Assembly: GCA_040285855.1 (NCBI GenBank)
Contig: JAUFOQ010000018.1
Location: forward strand, 1 to 64,000
Direction: 5' to 3'
Source: Eukaryota sp. GEM-RC1
Taxonomy: Eukaryota
DNA length: 64,000 bases
The number at the start of each line of letters is the position of its first letter. Positions within the stretch are counted from its first letter, which is position 1. The notes below the pieces were generated by a model. It had not been told where the DNA came from. It ran no database searches and saw only the letters and a program-made list of their open reading frames with translations. Below, piece by piece: positions 26,670 to 39,395 of the stretch. A program made the position numbers and the translations under genes.

Positions 26670-27721
26670 TTAATGGGTGAACAATCCAACGCTTTGAGAA
26701 TTCTGCTTCTCAATGATAGGAAGAGCCGACATCGAAGAATCAAAAAGCAACGTCGCTATGAACGCTTGGCTGCCACAAGCATTTTTTTTTCCTTTCATGC
26801 CTTTCAATAGGGTTACACGATCTGAGAGCCTTTCTACACTGCCCGACAAAGATTTCACAAGAGATCCCGTTAGAAGCTGTGAATGAGGACCAACTGACTT
26901 ACACTGGTACGAGGAAAACCAAGTCCAATCACCTCAGGGGAGGTCCGCCATCCAAGAAATCGACGCGCCACGTCACAAATCGATCAAAAAGCTCAACTTT
27001 TTTCGATTTTTGTTCCTCCTACATTTCCGATCCCCTATTATCCCACCAATCGCTCAAATCATCAACCTTTCAATTCTCCTTGAAGGTTCTCTCTTCGAGA
27101 ACCTTCGGGGAGAATTTTACTGCGATGGGGATAATAGGGGATCCCCCAGCCAATGTGTCATCTCCACCTGTTGAGTCCGCTGAAGAGAAAGTTCCAAAAT
27201 ATCTGCAAACCCTACAGAAAACAATAGCAAACCATGATGTTTTACTAACCACAAGCTGATCACCACCCGCCTTTGCCACAAGAATGAAAAGAGGCCATTT
27301 GCCTTTATCGATAAGATTTGTAAGGTAAATTTCATATCACTCACTCGCATGTGTTTGATATGAATGAGTTTCTTGATGCTCACTGGCCGATCAATGAACC
27401 CAGCAGGAAGAAACAGGATGTAAAAAACTACAAGTACACTAGTATAGAGGATTTCTGAGCCTAGTTTCTTTTTAATAAATTCTAAATTCTCCATATTTGA
27501 TCTTCAATTACTAGACTGGAATCCCATCAAATCAGTAACAACTGATGAATAAAAGCAGATAATCATTTGAATTTTAATCCTTCAACAGCTTTGAAAATCG
27601 GAAGATGATAAACTGAAAAAGTTACATTAAAGTCACATAAAAAAGTACACACAAATTAAAAATAAATCAGTACTAAAAATGTGACTTTAAATAACAAAAT
27701 AACAAATAATATAGGTGTCTA

Positions 27722-27787
27722 TAATCAAGAAGAAATTCTGAGTAGATAAAATTACTTTTTCCACCGAATAGAATCACTAAATGACAG
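27722..27787 (+). repeat. Dispersed ~65-bp motif, copy 1
   Basis: taatcaagaagaaattctgagtagataaaattactttttccaccgaatagaatcactaaatgacaga; related copies at 35714-35781(-), 44396-44456(+) and 47596-47658(-). Confidence 0.85.
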
Positions 27788-30700
27788 ACTTTTAAAAAAT
27801 TAGAAATAAAAACAATTAAAATTTTAATTTGTGTGCCAAATTTACATATTTCATGTAAAAAAAGGTCAAAGTCAATTTCAAGTTATTGTCAAAGTTAAGT
27901 AGAGACTACATAAATCAAAAAAAGTTACCAAATACATATGAATCAAATTGCTAACACAATGACTATTTCCAGAGAACATTCGTCATGCAGAACCAATCAA
28001 TTATGAACTTCTTAATCAATCACGTGATTTGGTGATTACTAGAAGAGATCATGATAAGTAGAACAGTGAGAAATACCTTTGTGGGAGAGGAAGACGAGAC
28101 TTACAGAAAGACGATGAGGAAGAAAAGAGATGAATGACGAGCAACAAACGAGCAAGGATCAGCAGCTGGAGACTGACTTGTGATTCCCAGTCATTTGATT
28201 GCTAGAAGAGATCATCCAGATTGGGAAAGATGAGAGATGTATCCAGGGAAGGGGAAGACTTACTTAGATAAAATGAGAACATAATAGTTGGGATAGGTAG
28301 TACTAGCAACCAAGAGCAAGGAAAACATGAAATCGAACACGAAGCAAAAGAGAAGATGAAGAAGTTTTGATGGAGGAAACGGCGAGCAAACACAACCCGG
28401 TTTTTGGCTCTTGTCTTCGCCTTTCCAGTTCAAGATGATTTAAGTTCACGCATTAAGGGCGTGACATCCACGTGTTATTACTTGAAAGTACAGGAAGCAC
28501 TATCACGTGATCATCAAATCAATACAAGAGAGTCCTCAGAGCTCGAGATTGGAAATCCTTGCCACGTGTAAATTCTATGACACGTGGCAAAAGAAGGAGA
28601 CGATGAAGAGGAATAAAGGACAAGAGTTAAAGAAGAAGAAACGCCATTACAAGAAGAAGCTTTGGTATATTGATTGACTTTTGTATAAGTCAACTTCTGA
28701 TGTCTTGTTACGTCGGGGTAAGATGTCAAGGTAGGATACCAAGGTAAATGTAAAGGACCAAGAAATTGATCATTCAACATCTTTGCTACCACTTTACATG
28801 AGTAGTTTCTACATCAACTTAGACAGCTTAATACAACACCTTCAAGGAACCACCCCATGTTGAAATTTCCTGTATTTGTTCTGGTTTGAAGATGACCTGT
28901 GGCAAAACAACAGCTTTCAAAACAACAATTCTTCTTCTGTGTCACATTTCTCTTTGCTGTTAAGTGATTTTGATGCCGACTGGAGTCATGCGCCTCAAGT
29001 TTCCAAATTTCGAGCAGATGAACTAAAGCCTAAACGGATAAGCCCTCTATTGAACCCAAAACCATAGTCCTCGGGTTCTACCGATCTCCAATGTCTCGTC
29101 ATTCACAACTGTCTCATCCAGATCTACCAGCTCAAAAACTCAATTCCAACTCCCCCCAATCTGATCTCAGATCTTTAAATAGTCATTCTATTTCTCATCT
29201 CTGATCACTTTATTCTTCTCACAAAAGAAGAAATACACAAGTCATTTCCTTCTAATAATCTGTTTCTTTACTTCATGCTACCCTGACTTATACTTTGTTA
29301 TACATAGTCAGAATTATAGACGTTATATTGACTGTAATCTCACTTTACAGTGTATAATGCCACAACCACAAAGTTCCATTTCGTTATGGACATGGAAGTT
29401 ATGGCGGTCATGGTACAACACTAATAGGAAGTCCAACTGTGTTTTTTCGAAAAGTAACAATAAACTAAACTCCATCAATGTCATATAAGTGTTTACAATG
29501 GTATTGAGGGTTTTCTATTACACCTTGAATTGATTGAAATTTTTATCTATATGAGGATGGACAAACACATTGATGTCTAGAAATGCTATACATGTAAGTC
29601 TCTAACGAAAAGGAGAGATGATGAAAGTATGAAAGGAAAACAGCAGATGATAACCAATGTTGGCCCTTTCTGGTCTGATGGATACGTCAGTGTTTAAATT
29701 AGGGAGATGTCAGCACAACAACTTCCAAATGATGCTTTGTAGGACGTCCGTTGGTGAAACAAGAACTGTAGCGCTACGTATAATACGAAAAGAGGAGTAT
29801 CTATAGCTAAATCGCGCCTTGAAGCGTTGGTATTAAGCTCTTTGATGAAGTGTTTCCGTCATGTAAAATGAGGTGCTACTCATTGTCTTGAAGATTATAT
29901 TGGTGGTTTCTTGTCAGAAACGGATGTAATGTGGGTTGGTAGAAGACTTGGACATCTGATCTGTCGTTTTCAATGAATTTGCGCTATCCCACACCTTAGC
30001 TGAACCATCCTTACCCAATTTCAAACTCTTTCTCCATTCATGACACACCTCTGAATGCTGATCGCCTTCATCCTCGCTAGGTACTTTCTACGATGTACTC
30101 CCTAGTTTCTTGGACGATATTATTAGTTTTTGTTCGTTCTGTACGTTATAAATCTCGTCGCCTCTTTTTGTCTGCTGCGTTCCTTTCCTTCCCGACATAT
30201 CAATATCATGTCTTCAAACCCTTCAAAATATTCATCATGTTGGTGGTTTCTCCATCTATCAGACGAATACCGGTCACAAGAGAGTGTGTGCTATAATATA
30301 ATGTTTGAGGGCGGAGCACATCTAACTGCTTAGCTCTATGTGACAGTATCATAGATTTCAGCATTTGTTCGTCTTGCGAACTTGATTCTTTTATTCTTTT
30401 TTATTCTTTTTTTTTAATCGAGTTCTTCATGTGATCTTAAATGACGCCTTCATCAAAAAATCCCACTCAACAGCTTCATGGGATATCCATGACGGAAACA
30501 AGCACAGAAAGAAGGTGAAAACTCACAAAAAGTCACTCCTAATGAATCCCATTCAGAACAACAAATGATGAACTCTAAGTAAGCATCGATTATGTTAGAG
30601 AGATGTAAACATCCATAAGTCCAAGAGGGATAACGTGTTAAAGACGTGTTTTTAAGGTGGTGGAAAGTGAAGTGGGTCCCACAATGCACCATGCACGAAT

Positions 30701-31399
30701 TTTGAGAACCCCAGATAAAGTACTCAACAATGCTTCCCACACTTCTTACTCACCTAAGAATTCGTCGAGTTCTTATCGTCTAGTACCTCGAAGACCGCCC
30801 CAGCTGTTTATCTTTCATCCACATCAACTCTCTTCCGATTCATGTCTCTCACTATCTCTCTCCTTCTAATGATCTTTGATACCTGAACACAGTGGTATGG
30901 TGCTCCGTTCCTCTGTCTTTTGTTGCTTGTTGTGCAGCCTGTCTCTTCTCATTCTTTTTTTTAAGAATGAGAAGAGACCAATCTCAGATTAAAAACCTTT
31001 CTCACTTCCTTTCCACTGCCTTTCCCCCTCACTGATCAACGGTTGAATCATTGACTTTATCAAGTTCAATCTTTCTCAAATTTTAATATACTGAATTGAA
31101 TCTGGTATTTTCTGATTTTCAAAAAAAGTTGAATAACTCGACTCAAAATTCGTTTTGTTTCTAGTTTAATAATTCAGTTTCAAGATCTTTTTAGACCCTA
31201 ATTTTTACATTTGTCAGTGTATGTTTACTTCTTTTACTACTAAGTACTACTTTTCTAGTACTAGGGTTATGCAATTTTTCAAAAAAAGTTCAATTCCAGC
31301 CTTTTTGATTACTTTTATTCACCTCAGATGTTATTTAATCACTTTTATTAGAGTTGAAAACGAAGAATTTTTAACGGTAGTACTTTGTTCTTTTCAAGA

Positions 31400-31660
31400 C
31401 GATGAAAGTAAGTTTTATCATTGATATGTGAAAAACAGAAAATTGAGAATTATTTAAAACGCAAGAAACCACGACTGCTCTTAAAATCGGCTCAGAAAGG
31501 GTTGGAAAATGGATCAATGTCAAAACGACCAGTACCTTTGGAATCCTTACTTTGAACTTGGAATCAAACACCAAGCTTCAATTCAAATTCAACGGCAAAA
31601 GAAGTGTGTTCAGCAATAAGATTCTTGATCTCGTCATGTCTAAAAGAACGATGACGAGAA
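31400..31660 (-). mobile_element. RLE retroelement fragment
   Basis: Translates HRSFRHDEIKNLIAEHTSFAVEF; near-copy of 32980-33110. Confidence 0.7.
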
Positions 31661-31984
31661 CAACTGTTACAATTTGAGCTGGGGCCAGCATCAACTGAAT
31701 TTTTCAACTGAAAAGAGCAAAGATTACAAGAACCAATATCCTGATTACAAAGAAGACGGTGACAGCAAATCCACCTGAGAGAAGAATCTTGAAGAGTAAG
31801 GGCTGTAAGACAAGAAGGAATAAGGGAAATAAAGCGACAAGAAAAAGGTAACTGTTAAGCATTATGAACAGAAAGAAGATTAGAATGCAAAGAAGACGTA
31901 AAAGTTTCAGCACGATCAGAAAAGGAAATCCTAGTCATTTTTATCTGAGGACCCTTAAGTAAAACATTAGCTGAGTCTGAAAGA

Positions 31985-32560
31985 ATGAATTCACAATGAG
32001 CGACGGAAAAGAATACAAGGAAGGAATAACAAAATTAGAAGAAACCATTGAAACAGCATTTGCCCCTCATCGACCAAAACTTGATAATTGTTCATTTTCC
32101 TCAAAAACTGAGACTTAAATGCATTCTCAAGTGAATGATTATTCCCACCAACAACAGTTGTATCATAAAAACAACCTGTTGAAGGTAAAAAGAAATCAGC
32201 ATACTTCTTCTTTTTCTCATTGGTTAGAAAAACCTTTTCAATATTCATGTTCTCAACCAAAAAATGATTTAAACAGTAAATAACTTGAGTTCATGTTTCT
32301 CTTTTACCGTTCGAGAATGACTTCTGATGTGCCGTTGATAAATTGTTGAAATTGCATAAATCACAAACAGACATCTTAGAATAATTCAATATTCTCCAGT
32401 TGACAAACAAGTTGAATTCAACATCATCAAAAACAGTGTCTCCAACTGGTAACGACAATAAAAAAGAACCAGAAAACGGTAATAATTGATATTCAAGTTC
32501 AATAAGCTGATTTTCAGATAGACTATATTTTAAATCAGAAAAATTTTTCAGTCCAATGAA
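31985..32560 (-). mobile_element. RLE retroelement fragment related to the 28S insertion
   Basis: VCDLC knuckle remnant, then YADFF...FYDTTVVGGNNHS...EGQ, aligning with IADIF...FYDITVVGANNHS...EGQ of 26007-26423. Confidence 0.8.
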
Positions 32561-32789
32561 TGTTGGAAATTAAAAGTTAAAAATTATAAGGTAAATCAAA
32601 CTCAAAAATAATCATCGGCCAAATAATCATAAAAATCAGTCATTCATAACACTAATGCATCGACATCCTTCTGCACAAGTAAAGATTGTAAACGGTCCCC
32701 TAAGAGCATCATATTTCTGTGATTAATTTGATTCAAAAGGACAACAGAATCAACATCAGGATCAATTACAATGTAAGTGTCATCAAGGT

Positions 32790-33110
32790 AAGCTACATAA
32801 GAACAAAATATAAAAAATAAAGATAAAAAAAAATCAACATAACTATGTCAGAAATGAAACCAGGTCTAAACTTTCCATACATGTTCCACTTACGTGATTC
32901 TGCATGAGACAACTCATAGTCAGAAAGATGGCCATTCCTCGCAACAACTGCCACATCCAAGCCAAGTTTAGAATTGGGATCCAACAAGTCAATTAAAAAA
33001 AGATCACCATGAGCAGCACAAAGCTCCAACTTAAACTCAACAGCAAGAGAAGTGTGTTGAGCAATTATGTTTTTGATCTCGTCATGTCTGAACCAAGCAC
33101 TATGTAGAGA
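32790..33110 (-). mobile_element. RLE retroelement fragment
   Basis: FRHDEIK...HGDL...GLDVAVV...AESRKWNMY. Confidence 0.75.
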
Positions 33111-35713
33111 TAAAAAATAGCAAGTACATGAGACGAACGAATTTCAGATGATTCTAAAAAGAACATGCTAGCTAACTTTTTTTCTGAGTACCCTTTAGTT
33201 GCTTCGTTTGGGAAGCTGTAGAAAAGATGAACTGGTGTGTACCAAGAAATGAATAATAAAGTGGTTTTAATTCAAGTAAATCAAAACATATAGCTAAATA
33301 GACAAAACTAAACATATAATTCCATATCTGGTTAAACGACAGTCCAGGTTATGTCTTTTTCCTAAATGAGAATACTGTGAATATCATCGAATAAGAAAGG
33401 ACAAATTCTTAATTATGAATCTAGATTGAACTAGGAGTAAGGAGAAAGCTTATGTGTGGACTAACAGTAAAAGTAAGGTAGTATTAAATATTGTACAATA
33501 TAGAACAAATTCAATTGGTGTGTACTGACATTTGTTTTTATTATTGAATATGTCTGCTCTATTTTACATCATACTAGCCTACACAAAACAGTTACTGGCC
33601 TACGCTGTCTTGGCTAGTTTTAGAAGACTAGTAATAGGTTAATTGGAGCACAATCAACAACCAAAGCTCTGAAGATAAATTTGAATTTTGAATTAGGCGC
33701 TTGTGTTATGAGTATTCAATGACTTTAGTGTTAAATTGCACAACGTAATGAGTCAATTCAATCCATAATATTCTGTTACTTGACTCTTTTAATTGTGCTA
33801 CATTAATTTCGAAATTGTTGATGTCCTTAATTAATTTGAATTTGTGTGTTGCAGGCAAATACTAATTGTCTTACTACTTCTTCACAAAGGATAGAGTGTT
33901 TCGCCATGGTAAAACACAGATATTTTTGAAGTATTTATCTCGCTCACATACATAGTCATTGAGTTAAAGAAGTATTCAAAAGAGCGTCCACAACCATAGC
34001 TTCTGCGAAATACCAATAAATAACTAAAGTACAGAAAAATCAATGATTCCACAATGATAAACCACAATGATAAAAAAAAGTAGGTAGTATTAAATATTTA
34101 AACATGCTAAATATTGTACAATATAGAACAAATTCCTACAGTTAATAATGACAATGATTCCAAATGTGCCACAACAAACCATAAGAGTTAAAGAGTGCGT
34201 CAAACCTATCTGCATCGGAATAATTAAGAAAAACGACGTGCTAAACGTACCAGTCTCAGTCAAATATCATCACGTGATTTTCAATCAAAAGAGTAATTAG
34301 CTTAGTATTGATTTTGAGAAGAGATCGTCAACCCTTTCAAAACAATCTAATAGATATGTGTTGTTCAGACAGAAGCTTAATAAAGGAACAAATAACAGTT
34401 TGTTTCCGGAGATCGCTGATGATCCATCACAAATTATGAATTAAGAGAAGAAGATGAATAATTGGAACATCTTTTTATTGAAGTGTAGATTTAAAGAACA
34501 TTTCGAGTTTCAATCCGCCTTTATCTATCACAGAAAATCTTAGAGAATATTTCAGAGGGTTGAATCTTCTTTTCCAAAACAAGTAATGTAATAATACATG
34601 CAAACATAACTAAGACGACGTATGAGGTCTTACAAGACCAACGTTTTAGCTGCGAACGTCCTATTTGGGAGGACGTATTTTCCCTCTTCCCTCTGCTTAG
34701 AAAAGATCGGAAGGTAATACCACTACACTTCCGTAAGACATCTTACATCGCTCTAACGTTTTGATTACAACCTTCTCCTAACTGAGTTGACTCTCTTTAA
34801 TGAGGAAAAGAGACCCATCTTGTACATGAAACATCTATGGAAGAAGAACTCGTTTGGATGGGCGCTGTGTTTATCTGGTGAAGTCATCACGGAACCCCTT
34901 CAAATCCTTCTCTCTACCTCATCTCTCTTCAATACCGTGTTACCTCATCAATATTCCGCATCTCTTATTTAATACTTCTCCTATCTTGATCTCTCTCAGG
35001 GGTGAAGATCTTACATCATATGTTCTGCTCAAGTCTTTGATTCTTTTCTTATCTCATGTCGGTTTTCCAATCTCGTCACAACATTCTTTCACTCTCGATC
35101 ATCAAATCGATTTTGATTGATTTTTCCAGTGTTGATTGATGAAACAAGTGTTTTCAGTGGACAATGCTGACGTCAGCAAGTAGAGCTCAATCATCTCAAA
35201 GAACAATTGTAATATACTTGTGATCTTACAGTGATCTTTTTTCAACTAGGAATTAACGGGATTTTTATTTTATCAAAATGTTTGCTGAATGGTTTCCTTG
35301 GTTTAACATCAAATTCTTCTTCAGAAAATAATACTTTCAATTTAATATTGAAAAGATATTTTTAAAAATATCTAATTTCGGAAAGAATTTTATATTTTGT
35401 TTATTTTTAACCATATCTGTCCATGACACCAACAACCCTGCTGTCATGACGTAATGGTGTCCTGACATTCATAATTACACCTATGGTTGGAATATAGAGG
35501 TATGTTCAACAAAATACAGATACGTATTTAACACCAATTGGCTATTCACTCCTCTGTCAGCTTTGACTATTAATTTTAAATCATAAATGTTGACACACTA
35601 TCTTGTTGAACGATTTAACGATGTTACGTATGTCATGCCATAAGTTGCTAATTTGTCATGATGTCATGAGCTATGTTTTTAATATTTTTTGTATTAAGAT
35701 TACTTTGTGAAGA

Positions 35714-35781
35714 TCTGTCATTTAGTGGTTCTATTTAGTAGAAAAAGTAACTTTCCCTACTCAGAATTTCTTCTTGATTAT
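35714..35781 (-). repeat. Dispersed ~65-bp motif, copy 2
   Basis: Diverged reverse complement of 27722-27787. Confidence 0.85.
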
Positions 35782-36839
35782 AATGACTTATTTTAGATTA
35801 TATTCATATGCTTATAGTGACCCAGAAATGTATCCATCAACTTACCGTGTTCTAACACAGTTATGTACTCTTTCTTACAAATTCTCGTCTAATTTGTGGT
35901 GGAATGAATGACCATGTTAACAATTGGTAACTACCTTTTCATTGATTAAATCAGATTTGGTTCTGCGTCCCTCAAAGGAAGAGATTGAGATGCAAAAAGT
36001 AATTTAAATTTAAAAAGTATCTAGGGAGGAGAGACAAAAGAGGAAGAATGTTTGGGATCAGAAAGTTCAACATCTGGATAACAAGTTCCTCATTCCTCTC
36101 GACTCCATCACAGCCTCTTGCCGCACGAATAGGATATGAATCTCAACCTCCATGTCATCAACCAAAGGAAACTCCATCACTCCTCCATTCGGTTCTACTG
36201 TATACTGAAACGTCTCATGATTATCTCTGAAGGTAACTGACAAGTATCCGACCTACGAACTTCATCACCAGATGCAGAAGAGACAGAAGGAACAGTTAAA
36301 GCATTACCAGAAGAAGGAGGAGGTTTCTTCTTTTAGATGATGAAGGTTTCTTCTTGATAGCACCTGAAGGAGAATCCGAGGGCTTGTCAGGAAGCTTTTC
36401 AGAAGAAGAAGCCAAACGGAGAGAACGCGTTTGTCTCATGAAGATACAAAAATCAGCTTATACAAATCCATTTTGAACACATATGGTTGGGTTAACACAC
36501 TCATCATAACCAATCAAATGTAAGTGATTTAAGTATTAAATTTATTTGATAATTTAAGCTAACTAAGTTATCAACTGATCAACTGTGTGGTACATTCTTA
36601 GAACTTTGGTTTACAACTCGTTTCTTTATATTATCTAATTGACTATGGTTCGTTGTTTCTTCTTTTAATTTCTCATCCTCCTTCTATAACTTCTCTTCCA
36701 ATGAGGATCAGTGACTTTCACCCCATCAGGATTGGTACAGATACCTTCGTGGAAACACAAGCAGAACAACATTTGCTGCTCATAAATTCATCAACCAAGA
36801 AAACTTTAAAACCGAAGCGTCGCAGTCATATTAAGATTT

Positions 36840-37300
36840 TTCTTCAAAAAATAGCTGGTCGACTAACTCTTGGTTGATACCTGGCTCGGATAAGTACCGT
36901 GAGCTAATACGGTAAAAATTTCCGAAATAGCTATTGGACGTACACAACCGTTGGGTTTCTTAAGAGCTATGATTTTAGAACATCAAACAGAAGGTGAAAG
37001 AACATCATTCAAAGAATTGTTGATAATACCTTCAAAAAAATGCATTTCATAACATTAAGAAAAGAATTAGAAGGTTTCTTAGGGAACAGTGAAAGGTCCC
37101 AACCTGAAAAAGCACAGGATAAACCATTTAGATATTTCGAAATCAGTAAAGAGACTTCTTTAATACCAAGAACAATGAGCTTGTTGTTGTGAACTAAGTT
37201 AAGATTTTTTCATGAGGATGAAGTGCAAGTAAATTCTGAAAAGGCTCTTCATCATTCGCAGCAATTGAATCAGGCTTAAAAGTCAAAGCATTAAAAGCTC
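36840..37300 (-). mobile_element. Decayed pre-RT region of a CRE-like element
   Basis: AFNAL...FQNLLALHPHE...AFSGW resembles the LxxLHP / SGW motifs upstream of CRE RT (compare LKDMNPES...GVSLW at 42427-42690). Confidence 0.45.
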
Positions 37301-37309
37301 AGTCAATAG

Positions 37310-37610
37310 TTTTTATTATAATAAAAGCATTAAATACATGGCAAAATTAATTGAATTACACCTAAACAACTAATAATCCATATTTTCACTAAAAGAATTA
37401 CATATATTTAAATACTCATTCTTGCAACGAACACTTCCTTAACAATTTTACTAGAAACTTCATCAAGAATCTGGATATAACCAAATTTCTTCAAAGTTTG
37501 ATAAGTTTCTTTGAAAATTCCACAATGTACAGTAAAAACAAGTGGAATTCAATCATTAGTTAATTTCAAGTCTTTTACCACCTTGTACTTTTTGATTTAT
37601 TATTGGCGTA
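37310..37610 (-). mobile_element. 3' end of an RLE retroelement
   Basis: IKKYKVV...IPLVFTVHCGI followed by a UTR ending in AATAAA. Confidence 0.65.
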
Positions 37611-37617
37611 GCTATAA

Positions 37618-37652
37618 TGGGAGACCACAAGCAAACACTGAGCGCTTCATTC
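37618..37652 (+). pseudogene. 5S rRNA 3' fragment
   Basis: tgggagaccacaagcaaacactgagcgcttcattc vs 5S TGGGAGACCACAAGCGAACACTGAGTGCTGCATTC, followed by the same downstream flank. Confidence 0.85.
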
Positions 37653-38166
37653 ATTTTGTTTGTTATTATGTAGTTCTTTATGTGATGTTTTGTTGAAAAT
37701 TTTGAAAACTTATTACAACTGTATAATAATAAATGATTGTTAAATTGAACTTAGTTGTACTACAATTAGTAACACACATACAGTATCACCAGTATAATCA
37801 AAAAGCAAAAGATTCAAATTCTACTATTATTATTGTAAAGTATTAGTAATACTTTTAATAAACATTAATAATTCCACTACTGTCAGATACACCAACTTTA
37901 TACTCATCATGTGAAACTTCAACCAGCAATACACACACTACACTGTCCAATAAACAAGTCTACACACGTAAACAAATCTCAAAGTAGTAAGTAGAACCAA
38001 TATTGGGCTTAAATCTTGGTACCAATCAAAATTAAAATTGATTGATGGTGATACATTGTTATGTGTAACATAACATTGTCTACCTGGATTAAAAAACCAT
38101 ATTCATCAATTCCATCTCACCGAATTACAACATAATTACACACATTAAAGTAATAAAAGTAGATAT

Positions 38167-38909
38167 CCATTTACTCAACAGCCCAGACCTTTTGGTTTAC
38201 ATTTGATCAATGATGCTTGGAACCAAAAAAATATGCGTCTTCGATTAGGTTTATTCCCTAGCGGTTTGCTCAGTAATTTGTGTTTGCGATAACCGATCTA
38301 CAGCTACATGTTAGTTGCAAGAAATTTTTGCAATTTCGATCTGTTCTACATGATGCTGTTCGTGATGTTGCTTATGAAATTTTCAAATCCTATAATTATA
38401 GTTGTATCATTGAAACATTATAGTGACAATAACGTGTTTGATTCTCAGCGTGGTGACCTAATTGCTCCTTTTCTGGATTCATCTCAAGTTGTGGTTGATT
38501 TTACTACAGTTGACCCGTTTGCAAAAGTATACCAAGACTCCATTTTGAATGATTCAAATGCTCTTATTGAAAAGGCTGAACAGCGAAAGTGTTCAAATTG
38601 TGCGGATGCTTTGAAAATCTATATTCTAAGTTTTCATGCGTTTCATTTCAATTTGTGGTAATATTGGTCCAGTTGGTTTCAAGTTTTTCATCCATTTTAG
38701 TCTTTTATGTTGTTCTTATGGCAAAATGATTAATAGTGCTATTTGGATTAATCGAATTATGTTTACTCTTTATAGAAGCATTCCCAAGTATTCAAGTTCC
38801 ATTTATTCGAAGTTGTATAGGGACAATTCTCGTGTTGATGTGGAGAATTTAACATCTTTCATTTTCTGAATTAGTATGTAATAATCTGTTGTTGCAAATA
38901 AACTCTTCA
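38167..38909 (+). mobile_element. 5'-truncated CRE-like element with ~12-bp TSD
   Basis: MRLRLGL, HDAVRD, RGDLIAPFL, VVDFTTVDP, AEQRK. Flanked by aaaagtagatat (38155-38166) and aaaagtagaaat (38910-38921). Confidence 0.88.
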
Positions 38910-39058
38910 AAAAGTAGAAATTAAACATATTGAATTTTAAATTTTTACTTCCACACTATACAAAATCACTTACTAAACCACTATATAATGATTAAAACGA
39001 GTGCTCAAGTGACTCACATTTTAATACCAGCATACTCATACTATACCAAACATTGACA

Positions 39059-39395
39059 TGCTGTTTCAAGCTTTTGCTGTTTCTCTTTTTGGATCGATTA
39101 CCATTATTTCAAGGATTTCGAAAAACTGTGTAAAGAAAAGAAGGGTATGTTTAGAAAGGCTGAATGCAAAAACCGTCTAGTGTTTTCCATATATCGCAAT
39201 ATGCCTTTCTATTTCTCTCTATTAATTGAGAAATTGTACAAGTTTGGTGTGAAGGTTAATGTGGAAATACGTAATCTTTTACCGGGTGGTGATGAAGTCG
39301 TTTGGATTTAATCTTAGTATTATTTGTTTGTTTTTGCAATTTCATTGTTTAGTAGGAAGGTTACGTTATTGGGTTCCGAATAAAGTTTGTTGAAA
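39059..39395 (+). mobile_element. 5'-truncated CRE-like 3' end with 7-bp TSD
   Basis: FQAFAVSLFGSI...KNRLVFSIYRNMPFYFS. TSD attgaca at 39052-39058 and 39396-39402. Sister copy at 53930-54290(-). Confidence 0.88.

Larger units (their letters stand above)
1..26780 (-). repeat. Tandem rDNA array edge, ~2.3 units of ~11.5-11.6 kb
   Basis: The sequence at position 1 (attggtacaagacattgc) recurs at 11487 and 23116. Spacers are near-identical apart from short indels. Confidence 0.98.
25483..26780 (-). pseudogene. Interrupted and truncated 28S copy (3' ~550 nt only)
   Basis: 28S sequence runs 25483-25879, resumes at 26630 after an insertion, and stops at ...ctgccacaagc (26780). Confidence 0.95.

Noticed and set aside
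26800..31270. Telomeric seeds (tagggtt at ~26808 and ~31262)
   Set aside because: Single isolated words with no tandem array.
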